DNA from: the human T2T-CHM13v2.0 reference genome, Homo sapiens
Direction: 5' to 3' (one strand)
NCBI RefSeq assembly: GCF_009914755.1
Contig: NC_060936.1
Length of the DNA: 64,000 nt
The translations under genes were made by a program, and so were the position numbers. The notes under the pieces were generated by a model that did no database searches, had not been told where the DNA came from, and worked only from the letters and a program-made list of their open reading frames with translations. Shown here one piece after another: positions 21,129 through 35,720 of the stretch. Position 1 is the stretch's first letter, and the number at the start of each line of letters is the position of its first letter.

Positions 21129-21599
21129 TGAAGGGTAGCAGTTTTCCAGACCCATGTTGGAGGTGGCAGTGACCTCCAGAGTCCATGCTTGGAAAATGCT
21201 GAGGAAGATGTCAACAATCTGCCTTGTGGTTTAAGACGGGGTGGCGTGGGGTGCCTGGAAAGCCTGTGGTTTAGGTAGTTCCTCAGCAAGGAGCACTGCT
21301 CTGTGCCCCACCATCCTCAAGGCCAGTTCCACCTCTGGACGACTCAGTTACATGAGCTGATAAAGTCTCTAACTTCAATAAACTGGAGTTAGACTTCAGA
21401 TGATTTTACCTGTAAGAGTCCTGACTGATAATGGATACACAAGAGTTCCCCTAATATGAAAATACAGTAAACAACTATCATCTAGAGTCATTTTTATTTC
21501 ATTTTTTTCTTTTGCATTTTTTTTTCAGTACAGACTTGCCTTCACAGGAAAGATCATTTTTATATAAGTGGATTCAGCTGCCCCCACTCACAACCCTCA

Positions 21600-22470
21600 C
21601 CCCCTGAACCATTTATTTCAAAAAATTTGAGTAATATTTTCACAATTCAAAACTCAAAACAATATGAAAAGGTATACTGTGAAAAGCCTTTTTGCTTTTC
21701 CCTACCTGCATTTACTCAATTCACTCTCTCCTTGCAGATATCCACTTTTTTTTTTTTTTTTTTTTTAACGACAGAGCCTTGCTCTGTCGCCCAGGCTGAA
21801 GTGGAGTAGCATGATCTCAGCTCACTGCAACCTATGCCTCCTGGGTTCAAGCAGTTCTCCCTGCCTCAGCTTCCCAAGTAGCTGGTATTACAGGTGCCCA
21901 CCACCACACCCAGCTAACTTTTGTATTTTAGTTGAGACAGGGTTTCACCATGTTGGTCAACTCCTGACCTCAAGTGATCCGCCTGCCTTGGCCTCCCAAA
22001 GTGCTGAGATTACAGGTGTGAGCCACTGTGCTCAGCCTAGGTATCCACTTTTTATCAGATTTTTATGAAAATACAAGCCAAAACAAATATTTTAACGTTT
22101 TCCTTTTCATTTTCACCCCAAATTAGTATACTGTAAGAACAGTTTTGAGCCTTACTTTTTTGACATAGCAATGTATCTTGGAGATGTTTCCTTTATCAAT
22201 ACATAGAGATCTCCCTCATTTTTAAGGTTAATTTGCTTTGTTTTATACCTTACAGTATTCCATTGTATGGCTGTGCCATCATTTATTTAGCAAGTTCCCT
22301 ATCTGATGAGCAATTATGTGGTTTCCAAATTTTTGCAATTACAAGTAGATGACCTTGTACATACATCATATCACACATGTGCAAGGAAATCTCTAGGACA
22401 AATTCCAGTGAGTGGGATGTTGGAAACTTCATCTGTTATTTTGCAAATGTTATCTTGCCTTTAGAACTTT
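21600..22470 (-). mobile_element. Degraded L1ME-like fragment with inserted Alu (21746-22039)
   Basis: agtattccattgtatggctgtgccatcatttatttagcaagttccct, typical of old L1 3' ends. Confidence 0.55.
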
Positions 22471-22534
22471 TTTACTTGAATATTTTTGTTAGGAACCTCT
22501 TTTTCTTTTTTGTTTCTTTCTTTTTTTTTTTTTT

Positions 22535-22955
22535 AAAGGCTGGTCAAGTGCAGCAGTGAGAGTGGAGAAGGAAGAAAAAAATCTGTAACTGGGCTGGGCA
22601 TGGTGGCTCACGCGTGTGATCCCAACATTTTGGGAGGCTGAGGCGGGTAGATCATTTGAGTCTAGGAGTTCAAGACCAGCCTAAGTAACATAGCAAGACC
22701 CCATCTCTACAAAAAAATTTAAAAAATTAGCCAAGAATGGTGGTGCAAGCTGTGGTCTCAGCTACTCAGGAGGCAAGAGGGGGGTATCGCTTGAGCCTGG
22801 GGAGGCAGAGGTTGCAGTGAGCAGAGATCGTGCCACTGCACTCCAATCTAGGCTATAGAACGAGACTTTGTCTCAAAGAAAACTAAACTAAAATAAATAA
22901 ATCTGTAACTGGTTGTGATCAATTAGTTGTAAACACCACTGCACTCGGACAAGCC
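22535..22955 (-). pseudogene. Y3 RNA (RNY3-derived) retro-pseudogene interrupted by an Alu
   Basis: Minus strand reads ggcttgtccgagtgcagtggtgtttacaactaattgatcacaaccagttacagattt [Alu] ...ttccttctccactctcactgctgcacttgaccagccttt, as in hY3; poly(A) tail at 22501-22534; degenerate TSD aggaaYctYt (22491 and 22956). Confidence 0.92.
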
Positions 22956-24633
22956 AGGAATCTTTGTGATTACACACATTTTCTTCTAACCTGAGGATGC
23001 TGAATATAAGTTCATGTTTCCTTGGTGACTCAGTCATCCATGACTGTAGATCAGGTGCAAATGTGGATTTTGCAGTAGATGGTGTGGGACAGAGGCCTGC
23101 CAACTTGGTCACGGGTCTTCTACAAACACCTCTTCTGTTCCCTCTTTTATGTAACCACCTACTGCAGGGAATGCAAGGCTGTGTGCTCCTCTTTCTGCTG
23201 ACAGCAGAACTCACCTATCTTCTGCCTCCTACCCCAACCCGGACATGTCTTCTTTTTATGGGCAAGAATGTCTCCAGTTCACTTGGGTTTTTCATTATGA
23301 TCTTGCAAACTTTTGCAATTAGTTGCAAAAGTTTTGTCAATGCCTCTTCCAGTTTGTACTCACTTCCTTTTTGGTATCTCGCTGAAGTCCTGTTACTTGT
23401 CTTACACTTCTTCCCTATCTTTTGAGAGGATGTATTTTTGTTGTTGTTGTTGTTGTTTTGTTTGTTTGTTTTAAATTTTGAGATGGAGTCTCGCTCTGTC
23501 ACCAGGCTAAAGTGCAGTGGTGCGAGCTTGGCTCACTGCAACTTCGCCTCTCGGGTTCAAGTGATTCTCCTGCCTGAGCCTCCCGAGTAGCTGGGACGAC
23601 AGGCGTGTGCCACCACGCCCAGCTAAGCTTTATATTTTTAGTAGAGACGGGGTTTCATCATGTTGGCTAGGATGGTCTTGATCTCTTGACCTCATGGTCC
23701 GCCCACTTCGGCCTCCCAAAGTGCTAGGATTACAGGCGTGAGCGACCATGCCCAGCTGGAGACGATTGTATTTTTACAGACATCAACAATCAAGCACAAT
23801 ATTCTCTCCTCTCTGGCAAAGTGATCCAGGACAGAACACCAGGGGCAACCCACAGACCTTTTGATCCTCCCTGACCTTGTAGCTTGGTGGTTACTGCAGA
23901 ATGACTCAATGAGTGGGGGACACCAGCAATTCAGTAGTCAGAGAGAGAGAGAGAGAGAGGAAAGAAACTTTACCTTTGAGAAACTTAAAAATTGACTTGG
24001 AAATAATCAGCTTTATGTTTGCCTAAATGTATCCTTTATGTCATTTGGAAAAAGAAAATATTATTTGGAATTACCTATGGGGAGGCATCATAATTTTTTC
24101 AGTACCAGGTATTCAGGGACTTTCACCTAAAAACTAAGGATATTTCTTCATCTGCTTACATGATCACTTATGTTCTGTTAATACTGATTATTTCCTATAT
24201 CACAGACACTGTAAGGAGGGCGTTTCCTCATGGTTAACCCTATTTTATTCATGAGGAAATTAAGATGTAGCGAGGTTGTCACCAGATACCAAATGATGGG
24301 GCTAGAACCAAACCCAGGACTGTGACTCCTACGGTTAACCTTTGCCATGCTGATAGTGTGATTCCCAGTCACTGCCTTAGGAGTATGAATTAATTTGTCA
24401 GCTTTTCTAGGGTTATATAATATAAGGCCTTGAGAAATGAAACCCTTAAGCTGGCAAGTTTAGAAAAATGGGTGAAATGTTTGGATTGCCACTTCAAAAC
24501 GGCAGGTCCTGGTTGAAGTCTGGGCATCTAAGAATTGTGGGGGTGGGAGCAGGTGATAGGAATCAGGAGTAGAAACAGTAAGAGAGGGTTTGTATGATAC
24601 ACCTGGTCTTTGGTGGGAATGGGGATCAGTTCT

Positions 24634-25000
24634 TGTATGAGTCAGTTCTCACGCTGCTAATAAAGACGTACCAGAGACTGGGTAATTTATAAAGAAAAGA
24701 GCTTTAATTGGCTTACAGTTTCACATGGCTAGGGAGGCCTCAGGAAACTTATAATCACGGCGAAAGGGGAAGCAAACACATCCTTCTTCACATGGTGGCA
24801 GGAGAGAGAATGAGAGCCGAGCAAAGGGGGGGATGCCCCTTATAAAACCCCCACATCTCGTGTGAACTCAGTATCACAAGAACAGTATGGGGGAAACCGC
24901 CCTCATGATTCAATTATCTCCACCTGGGCCCCCCTTGACACGTGGGGATTATTACAATTCAAGATGAGATTTTAGGTGGGGACATAGCCAAGCCATATCA
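24634..25000 (-). mobile_element. THE1 (MaLR) solo LTR
   Basis: tgtatgagtcagttctcacgctgctaataaagac...ccatatca; perfect 5-bp TSD gttct (24629-24633, 25001-25005). Confidence 0.92.
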
Positions 25001-25379
25001 GTTCTCCTGCAACCACCACAGCCTGAGGAGGAGCACTGAAGAGGCCAAGGATTCCACTGCGCAGTGAGACAGGGTGCAGCAGGCTTTCAGTACGATTCAG
25101 GCTCTGGTGGCTGTGAGGTGTGGGTTCTTATGACTCTCAACTCCTGGTATCTTTTGCTTCTGGATGGTGCGGTAAGAGGGACTGGGGGTTGTCGTCCGTC
25201 TGTCTGGACTTCCCAAAGGAGAAGTCATGGTGAGGCCCAGGCAAAGGACCATCTAGGCTATCACAGGGCTGGGTAAAAGAAGTCCTCAGTGCTCACTTTT
25301 TAAAAAAGTTATTTTAATTTATTACTATTATCATTTTATTATTATGTTTGAACACTCTTGGTGACCATTATTATTACTT

Positions 25380-26680
25380 TACTGTGGTAAAATATAACAT
25401 AAATTTTATCATCTTGGTGATTTTTTTTTTTTGAGACAGATCTCACTCTGCCACCCAGACTGGAGTGCAGTGGTGTGATCTTGGCTCACTGCAGCCTCAA
25501 CCTCTGGGCTCAAGTGATCCTCCCACCTCAGCCTCCCAAGTAGCTGGGACTACAGGTGTGCACCACCGTGCTTGGCTAATTTTTGTATTTTTTGTAGCGA
25601 TAGGGTCTCACTATGTTGCCTAGGCTGGCCTCAAACTCCTGGACTCAAGAGATCCTTTTGTCTGGGCCTCCCAAAGTGTTAGGATTATAGGCGTGAGCCA
25701 CCACCACGCACGCCTGGCCGTCGTAGCCATTTTTAAGTGTGCAGTTCAGTGGTTTTGAATACATTCATAATGTTGTGCAACCATCACCACCATCCATCTC
25801 CAGAACCCTCTTCATCTTGTAAAACTGAAACTCTGTGCCCATTGAACAATAACTCCTGATTCCCTCTTGCCCCAGCCCCTGGCAACCATTATTCTACTTT
25901 CTGGCTCTATGATTTTGACTATTCTAGATACCTCATATAAGTGGAATCATACAGCATTTCTCTTTTTGTGACTGGCTTATTTCATTTAGCGTAATGTCTC
26001 AGCACCATCCATGTTGTAGCATGTGTTGGAATTTTTTCCATATTAAGGCTTAGTAAGATTCCATTGTACATTTATACCCACTTTGTTTACCAATCATCTG
26101 TTGATGGACACTTCAGTTGCTTCCACATTGTGAATAATGCTGCTACAAACATGTGTGTACAAATATTTCTTTGAGACCCTGCTTTAAATTCTTCTGGGTA
26201 TATACCAAGAAGTGGGATTGCTGGATCATATGGAAATTCTATTTTTAATTTTTTGAGGAACCACCATACTGTTTTCCATAGCAGCTGTACCATTTTACAG
26301 TCCCACCAACAGTGCACAAGGATTCTAATTTCTTCACATCCTCGCCAACATTTGTTTTTTCCTATTTATTTATTTATTTGAGATTTGAGGGTCTTGGTAT
26401 GTTACCCACGCTGGCCTCCAATTCCTTGGCTCAAGAGATCCTCATGCCTCAGCCTCTAAAGTAGCTGGGATTACAGGCACAAACCATAGCACCTGACATA
26501 TTTTCCATTTTTTTGGTTAGTAGCCTTCCTAATGGGTGTGAGGTGATATCTCATAGTATTTTGGTTTGCATTTCCCTAAGAATTAATGATGTTGGTCATT
26601 TTTTCATGTGCTTATTGGTCACCTATATATCTTCTTTGGAGAAACATCTGTTCAGTTCGTTTTTGAATTGGGTTGTTTTC
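25380..26680 (-). mobile_element. Old L1 (L1M) 3' fragment, interrupted by Alus at 25421-25719 and 26364-26497
   Basis: L1 ORF2 C-terminal peptide [17 protein letters not shown]...[13 protein letters not shown] on the minus strand, followed by L1 3' UTR motifs. Confidence 0.9.
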
Positions 26681-28095
26681 CTCAGTCCTCAGTCTTGTCA
26701 CATGTATGGATGTGATATCAGATCAGCAGCATGTAAGTTAGTCTTCTTGGAGCTGAAGCAGCAGCAGGAAGTGGTGAGGACTCTGGCTCCTGGGTTCCAG
26801 CTCTCTTGCTCTCCCTTGCTCATCAGGCTAATATCAGCATGAGTGACAGGAAAGCCTGGAAGACTAACTTCACCTTCTTTAACAATCCTTTTACTCAGGG
26901 TCAGCCCAGAGTAGCAGGTTCTGGGTGCCACCTAAGACATCTGATTTAAGGTGAAGAGTGATGTATTTAGAATTGGCCAGTGCTTTGACAGCTGCAAACA
27001 TAACCTTTAACACGCATATTAAAATGAATACTGAGCTTAGTTCAGTCTTTCATTTCCTTTTAATACTTGAAAAGCTACAGTTTTGTTTTAAAGTTCTCTT
27101 AAAAGGCTCTAGCAGGTGAATTTATTCTTCTGCTTGATTGCATTTTGACCCTTAAATAACAGCCACCTTGAAACTGAAACCGGGAAAACCCCAGGTCTCT
27201 GGCCAGAAGAAGCAAAGGTATGTTCTGAGATTTATTAAATAATTACCTACTTGTTGAAATGTAGGCGGGAGAAAAAAGCTGAGATGTTGGCAAATATGAG
27301 TAGAGATTAGGAAGGATCTTGAGTCATGAGGCTTTTAAATGTGGTGGAACATTTTGGTGTTACTGACCTTTGACTCAGGACAGTTGAACCAAGCGATGTG
27401 GTCTTCAGACTCAACCTGGCCGTGGCTTGGTATATCTTTATATTGACTGTCTCAATGACCGCAGTCAACTGTGATCCAGTTGTTTGGAGCATTCACAGCA
27501 ATGACTTGAAGGGAAGAGAATAAGGAGTGAGAAACAAAACTCGGAATTCGTTGGCCTTTGTGACAGCCCGTCTGCAGTTGGTCTGAATAGCACATAGGGA
27601 AGGTTTCCTAATGTAGTACATTGCTCTGAAACTAATTTGATTCAGAGCGCCAGGGAGGGAGGATGTTTTCACTTGGTGATACCTTCCATCAGTGTTCCAA
27701 ACTTCAGCCATCTGTGCTTCTTTTGAAATTTCTTGTCATGCTGTGTACCAAAATTTACTTAGTACTTTGCAATGGCTCCTTAACTTAAATATTTTTATTT
27801 TAAAGAGAAACTTCTCCTACTGCTTTGTCTCCTGGATTGCCTAGGTTGGTCAATGATGTTACCATCTGTTGGGTCACCCAGGGCAGAAACATGAGCATTA
27901 TCCTAGACATCTCACTTTGCTCAAAGCCCACACCCCATGTTCTATTAACATTGTCTCCTGGCCGGGTGTGGTGGCTCACACTTGTAATCCCAGCACTTTT
28001 GGAGGCCCACTCCGGTGGATCATTTGAGGTCAGGAGTTCAAGACCAGCCTGGCCAACATAGTGAAACCCTGTCTCTACTAAAAATACAAAAATTA

Positions 28096-28242
<147 letters not shown>

Positions 28243-28859
28243 TCAAAGAAAAAAAAGAAAAGGCTCCTATGTACAGTATGAATAGATAATTATCATCCAA
28301 ATTAGGGCATTTTGGGGGGCAAATGGGACACTACTAATAATCATACCCAGGGTAAACTGTCTGAAGCAAATGGGGATGTATGGTCAACCCGTCCATATGG
28401 TCTTGAATCCTCTTCCCATTACATTCTCCCTGCTATTACTGCCTTAGTTCAGGCCTTCAAAATTATTTGCTTAGACTAGTGTAGTAGCTTGCTATGGTTT
28501 CCTTGACTTCAATCTTGGTCCTTTCCAACGTATCTTACACACTGCACATAAACATTTGATCTATCACCCTTTTCAGACCTTTCAGTATCTGCCTGTAATG
28601 TCATGATACATTTCAAATTTCTTAGTGTGGCTTATGAGGTTCCTCACAGATCTGGTTCCTTCTAGCCTTCCAGGCTGTTTGCTCGTTTATCTATTGCTCT
28701 ATTCACATTTATTGTCACTGTGGGTAGTACAATGTTAGGCTCCAGGAATATAATAATAAGATGAGTTTTTGCCCTCAAGATATTTATAGTGCAGTAGAGA
28801 AACAGTCAAGGGGATGCTGTAGCAATATGTACCATGGCAAAGCACCACAACCTATGGCT

Positions 28860-29340
28860 TCACTATTCAGGGTGTTGTTCAGGGACCAGCAGCATGACTA
28901 TCACTTGGGAGCTCTGTAGAAATGCAGAATCTAAGTCCTAGGGCAGTAGCTCAAATCTCTAATCTCAGCTTTGGGAGGCTGAGGTGGGAGTATCACTTCA
29001 GGCCAAGAAATTGAGGACTGCCTGGGCAACACACCAAGACCCCATCTCTCAAAAAAAAAAAAAAAAATTAGCTGGTGTGGTGGCACACATCTGTAGTCCT
29101 AGTTACTTGAGAGTTAAGGCAGCAGAATGGATGGCTTGAGCCCAGGAGTTTGAGGCTTCAGTGAGCTATGATTGCACCACTGTGCTCCAGCCTGGGCAAC
29201 AAAGTGAGACGCTGTGTCTGAAGAAAGAAAGAAATGCAGAATCTTAGTGCCCCGAGCCAGACTCAGTAAATGCGAATCTGCATTTTAACAAGATCCCTAG
29301 GTGATTGGAATGAATGTCAGCTTTTGAAGTCCTGGTCTAT
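28860..29340. mobile_element. MER5-like DNA transposon with inserted AluJ (28940-29232)
   Basis: gggaccagcagcat...agaaatgcagaatct...ctgcattttaacaagatccctaggtgatt; Alu TSD agaaatgcagaatct on both sides. Confidence 0.75.
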
Positions 29341-32300
29341 GGGACCACACTAGTTGAAGCACTTGATTCAGATCCCCAGGAGAGGTCATGCCTGGCAAGA
29401 GACTTAGAGAAGAAGATGGAGTTTGCTAAATGAAGGCGAGGAGGGAAGAGGCACATGTCCTGGACAAATTGGCATGTGCTTTGGCACACAGGCAAAAGAG
29501 GATGTGCTGTTTGGGGGAAGTTACAAGTTGTTCCATATTTTGGGAACAAATTGCTGATGGTGGCCTCACTTAGCTCAGACATGCCATCAATTCAAGGAAA
29601 AAGTTTGATCAAATTTGATACCTCCATCTCATATTTGAGCCAATCCTGAAACATAGTGATTAAGAATGAGTACTTTGATTCATAAAGAAAAAGCAGAATA
29701 GAAGTTACTAGGGGCTGGGGACAGGGGGAGATGGGGAATTATTGCTTAATGGACAAGAGTTTCTGTTTGGGATGGTGAAAAATTCCTGGAAATGGATAGT
29801 TGTACAACATTGTGAATACCATGAAATTGTAAATACTTTAAAATGATTAAAGTGGTACATTTTATGTTATGTATATTTTATCATAATTTTTTTAAAGAAT
29901 AAGTACTTTGGAATCAAGACCTAATTTTCAAGACCTACCATTTCCTTTCTGTCACGCCTCAGTCAAGTCAGATAACGTCTTGGTGTCTCAGTACCCTTAT
30001 CTGTAAAGTGGGAATAATGCTAGCACCTGCCTTGTAGGCTTGTCACGAGGATTCCTTGAAGCAATGCCTGTAAAGCACCTGGGAACTTGTTGGTGATCCT
30101 TATGCCTGCCCATTGAAGCTTGAAATGCCCAGCCTTAGCAGTTTGCCTGGCACAGCCAGAGCTGTGCATGGCAGATGCTGTTATAGCCCTTCCACCTCCC
30201 TCTCGACTGCATACCCTCAACTGTCTTCTCCCTGTACAGCAGCAGTTTTCAACTCTGGCTGCACATGAGAATCACCTGGAGAGTTTTTTTTTAAAACCCT
30301 GTTGCCTGGAGCAATTAAATCAGAATTTCAGGAAGTCAGATGGAAGCATTATTATTTCAGGTGATTTCAGTGTGCAGCCAAGGCTGAGAAACACGGTTCT
30401 GCTGTAGCGGTTTGCTAACTTTAGTGTGCATCAGAATCACCTGGAGGGTTTGTTAAAACACAGTTTCTGGGACCTGCCCCAGAGTTTTCCATTTAGTGGA
30501 TACAAAACAACTCACCTGCTTTATTCCACCATCTATGTGGCTGCTCTTTGCTTTTGTTTGCCATCTATATCGTTTTACCCTCTTCCTAATAACCTCTTCC
30601 AGACCCATTACTGAAATCTTTGTTGAAAAGATTTGCCAATAGGCATCTTCATGCCAATGGTGTCTATATTCTCAAACCTGTTCCAGCTTTAGACGCAGTT
30701 GACTATGTCTCAAAATTCTCCTCCTTTGAATTCAGAGCTGCCACTCTTGGAGTTTTCCTCATTTCTCTTTCCTTCTCCCTCCTCTGCTTGGAACTCGGGA
30801 CTCCCATGACCATTCTTTAGGTCCCTATTTTATCCCTTAAAAAGAGCACAGTCTTAAGTGTGAGAAAGATGTGGGTTTATGTCTTGTACCTGGGCAATTC
30901 AATCAAACTCTGAGCCTCATTTTTCTCACTGGTAAGTCATGGGTGATGATAATAGCACCCCTATAAATAATACATCCCTGACACATAACACTCAACTGTA
31001 GCTATTACACTGTTTCACCTTTAAAAACATTGCAAAATCTTGACCTCAGAGAGAATTCCAGGGGTGGTGGGACTAGCCCAAGGGATGCAAAGGGGAGAGC
31101 TGGGAATACAGAAAACACAGCGTGGAGGAATGAAGCCAGGATTTACCAAAAACAAGGAGATAGTCCCAGGAATTTTCCAGGAGACCTAGGCAGACAGGGA
31201 AGTGACTAATGGGATCAGATAATAGGAACTGACCAAGAGACTCCCTATGACGGCATTAAAAGGTGGGCCTGACGAACACAGGGAGGGTGTTATTAACGGC
31301 ACTAGGATGGGCTATGGAATGGCCCCAGAGGAAACCCACAAGGGGATTTCAACCCCATCAGTGTGGAACTCAGTCACTTTGGCAGGAAACAAAGTGAGAA
31401 GGAACCTGTTACAGTTTGCACCATCTATTATAGTCGATGCAAAACATGACTGTGGGGTGTTACACAGAGCTCTCATTACAAGATAAGGTCTCTGCGTGTC
31501 ATTTCCCGTCAATGATGTTATTCAGCAGGATGGCTCACATGTTGAAACTTGAAACTCCTTGGGTGAAAAAAAAAATCCCTCTGCAGGCTATACCAGATGT
31601 TGCTTGTTGTAGCTCCTCAGGCCCAAAAAGATGAGTTAATCCTTGAAGGAAATTATTTTGAACTTGCATCAAACTCAGAGGCTTTGATCCAACAGGCCAT
31701 GGCAATTGAAAACAAGGCTATCAGAAGAGCTGTGGGTGGTAGTCCTGTCTCTGAGAAAGGAACAGGGCCACTGGCTGACGGCTGCATTCCAGAACGCCTC
31801 CAGATGCAGAGGGCCTCACTTAGTGTGATGTTGTGAAAATACTGCACTTTAAACACATGTAGTCATAAACAAAGCTTCCTCACCCTTTAAAGACCTCACA
31901 GAAGTATCTCTCCAAGATGCTTCTCCTCTCCTGAATGCTCCAGGCCTTGCTGACCTCAGTTACCTTGAAGTTTCTCTTACCCTCATCACCCATGGCACAC
32001 AGTTTAACACTTATTATTCTCCAAATACATAGTCTTCTTTCTCCAGTTATATGGTGAGTTCCTAGACATCCTAAACCCATAATATTTGATATTCCTCTGT
32101 CTCTCTGAATGCCTAGCATTCTAAGAGGAACATAACTTAAAAAGCGTCATGTTCCCCTTTGCATCCCTGAAATCTAGCACAGCACCTGGCATGTAGCAGA
32201 CACTCAATAAGCAAATAGGTGCTTATTAAATGAGTGGAATTGTTGATTGATAGCTAAGTTGAGTTGGCATGAAAAGGTAGATAAGGGAAGTTTTAGCAGG

Positions 32301-35300
32301 CATCTCTTATATTGTTTACCAAGTACCTCCCTCCTCTCCTTCCAGAAGTTTCCCTTACCCAATCCCATCTTTGTAGCTGCCACAGGAGTTGATGCAACCT
32401 GCTTCAGTGAGTTATTTTTTGAGACGTTTTGACTTGGAACCAGAGACAATGTTAAGATAGTGTCTTCCTAGGGACCAGATCTATGTGGATGTACTGGTAA
32501 ATTTAGGTGCTATTGGCGCCCTTGTTTTTCACTGCACAGAGAAGGCTCATCTCTAGCTGGAGTGAAGAATGAAGCTAATGAAGAGATTAAGTGGAACCAC
32601 AGAAACAAGAAGAATCAAACAGAACCTTGCTAGTGTTCACGGCCATCACATTATCTCTTAATACCCTTCCCACTCCTTTTGCCTAAATGAATTAGAATTA
32701 GGTCTCTGTCACTTGTAACCACACAAGTCCTAACTACTATAGAAGACTGTCTACTATTATTGCATGGTAGATAATAAAAAAGACGGGATGAATAAAATCT
32801 CATGATACCAAGCAATGAAGTCTTGCAAACAGGAATTTTTCAAAACTTCTCATGCTCATTTGTGGCTTTAATAAGCACCTTTTCACCACCCCTCCCAGAG
32901 CTGGTGTAGTACCAGATATAGAGGAAGCACACAGCATACCTGATGCTACAGTTTCTGGTAGCTTGGGTCTTCACTTTTCATTTTCAACAATTTTTTTCCT
33001 TGTGTGCATTTGTTGAGACGTTCAGATGCCTGGGGCTGCAATACCATCTATGCATAATGAAAAACATTCATAAAGACTTTCTAAAGTACACAAAGGGTGA
33101 TGGGCTTTCTGAACAGCAGCCATGGACTTACACCAAAATATAGTCTCCATGAGCAAAGGCAGTGGGAAAGAGCCTTTGCACAGTTCCATGGTAGAGAAGA
33201 TGGTTATAAAGACTGAGTGGTGTTCACATTATCTGAACCTCAAACTCAGGCACATAGCATATGAGGGAACTTATGGAAACAACGGGACAGCTTGTCTGAT
33301 GTTGGGAAACCATCTTGGCATCGCTGGTTACCATATTTATAGAGCTAATCTTTAGCATCAAGACCTACTCTAGACAGGCTAATTTACTTACTGCCACCCA
33401 AGTGGCCCATGTTGGTTTTATCCTTGGCATATGCCACAAGTTCTGAGTGTCAAATATTTCTTCCTCCCTTTATCTGTTTTCCATTCACATCCTACCCATT
33501 CTCCAGGTCCAACTTTCTTACCTCCTCCAGAAACCACTGTTCTGTCTAATCTGCCACACCTGGCATTTCGTTATTCATTCTAAGAATGGCAAATACATGT
33601 CATATAAGCACGTACCCACTCTCCACACATCCGTGACAGACATCACTAATTGATGGTGGTGCTTTTTCCTTGTGTAGCTGGCAAAACCCTCAGAATTCTT
33701 CCCAACACAGCACTGGAGGCAGCCACTAAAGGCTGATTGGAGTTCTGTGAAGCCTAGTTGCTGTCTCTGATCTATCTATTCCCTTATATCGCTATTTAAA
33801 GTTTCTGAGCGTGCTTGTCTTCTTTCTCCAGCTGAGCTAAGTCCCTGAGGGCAGGGACCATGCCTCAATAATCCTAACAATAACAATCCTAACAACAATA
33901 ACAGCAGTGGCAAATATTCATTGAGTACTTATATGTGCTGGCACTGTGCTGGCCATTTAACATGTATTATCTAATGGAATCCTCAACAATTCCTCTGGAG
34001 GGGGTATTATTACCCCCACTTTATAGATGGGGAGTCTGGGTCTTAGAAGATGATAAGCAACTTGTCCAATTATACAGTCAGGATGTAGCAGAACCAGAAC
34101 TTGACCCCCAAATATTTTCTTTTATCCAAAGTAGTGCATTATCTTGACCTCCTCTGTATCTGTGCATAGTAGGTGCTTAATGCAAATTTGTTGAATAGGA
34201 GCTTTTTAGAAAGCAATGAAGTTCTTCACAAGAGACAGAAAGAAATTGAATTGAAAATACCGGAAGCAAATTCTCTTCCCCAAGAAGTTAGAACATTCTT
34301 GAAAAAAGGTTTACTAAACTTTTCCAACATCCTTGGCTAAAGGCAACACCATTCCCCATTCCACAAGTAAACACGCTTTATGGATACAGAAATACTAAAG
34401 GCCAACTCCAATGAATGGGAGGGATCCTGGTGAGGAAGTGGCCTGGGAGCCTCCTGACAGGGGCCTTGCAGTGTCTACTACCACCCAGTCACTGGCACCT
34501 CCCTGGGCCTCAGTTTCCAGACTTCTAGAACGATTCATTTGGACTTGATTAGCACTTCCCAAGTGTGTTCCCTGGAATATTGGCCCTGCAAGAAATTCAT
34601 ATAAAAAGCGGTTCTGTTGTCAAAAGCACGATTGGGAAATTGCCTTTCCCTTGGGAGAGACACAGTCCATATTAAATGCTCTGAGAAGGCCAGCAGGAAA
34701 GAAGCTCCTTATTTAATGTTACTTAATTCTTATTTAACCCAGCATTTCCTAACCCTCTTTGGTTTCACATAATAACAGCAAATATCTCTCATAACTAATC
34801 CCATACTTGGTAAAACAAAACAAAACAGAACAGAACAAAACACACAATTGGCTGAATAGATTCTAAGGACCTTCCCTCACATTCTGTAAGTTTATGAAAT
34901 AATAATATAAGTTGACTATAAACTTCCCCTCAGTGAATTAAAGGTGGAGTCACAATTTTGGATTTTTGAGATGCATCCAAAAGGTTTAAAGGGTTTTAAG
35001 ATAAGGAACCAAAAGTTTAGTAGTTCATGCTGCCTAGTTATTTTCGCAATATGAACAACAGGGGGCACCAGGGGACTGTAGTATGGCCACCCCTCCACAA
35101 ACTCAGCAAGAAAGGGCAAACCAAAGTTGTAGCAAACGGAGGGAGGGATTTCAGCAATTCCTTTTCTAGCTGAATGGAAAGCTACTGAGAGCAATTTGGG
35201 TTTCTCTCTGGCTTTCTGTTGGAGGAATACAATGAGATAGAATCAGGATAGGTTAACATCTTTCTTTTGCTCATTCCCTTTATAGATAGAAAATCACATA

Positions 35301-35604
35301 AAGCAACTCTTTTCAACAACTGCTTGTCAATGGTTTGTTTCCACCTTGGGGCAACTACATTCCACTGTGGAAGTTCTTATTGAAGAAACATAGCGCCTAT
35401 GAGTTGAGAAATGAGTGGTTCTTTCCTTCACCAGCTTTCTCATTTTAAAGGGGGAATAAATTGCACATGTGAGGAAAAGAACAAACTTCTTTAGGACATA
35501 AGTTCTTTGTAATTTAAATTTTTTCTCTAGACTTTGGGCTCAAGACTTATACAATAAGACTCTTTTTAATGATGTGGCAGGCTATAAAAGGATTGGAGGC
35601 AATT

Positions 35605-35720
35605 GAGAGAGAAGAGGAGAGGAGGGAAGGGGAGAGGAGGGGAAGGGAGGGGAGAGGAGGGAAGGGAAAGGGAGGGAAAGGGAGGGGAAGGGAGGGGAGG
35701 GGAGAGGAGGGGAGAGGAGG
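35605..35720 (+). repeat. Polypurine (GGAGA/GGGGA/GGGAA)n tract
   Basis: About 115 nt containing only G and A. Confidence 0.95.

Noticed and set aside
26087-26317. ORF resembling a retroelement protein
   Set aside because: Fragment of a dead L1 ORF2 C-terminus, not an active element
35053-35075. CTCF-like acaacagggggcacc
   Set aside because: Lacks the CC at the 5' end of the core; too weak without ChIP data
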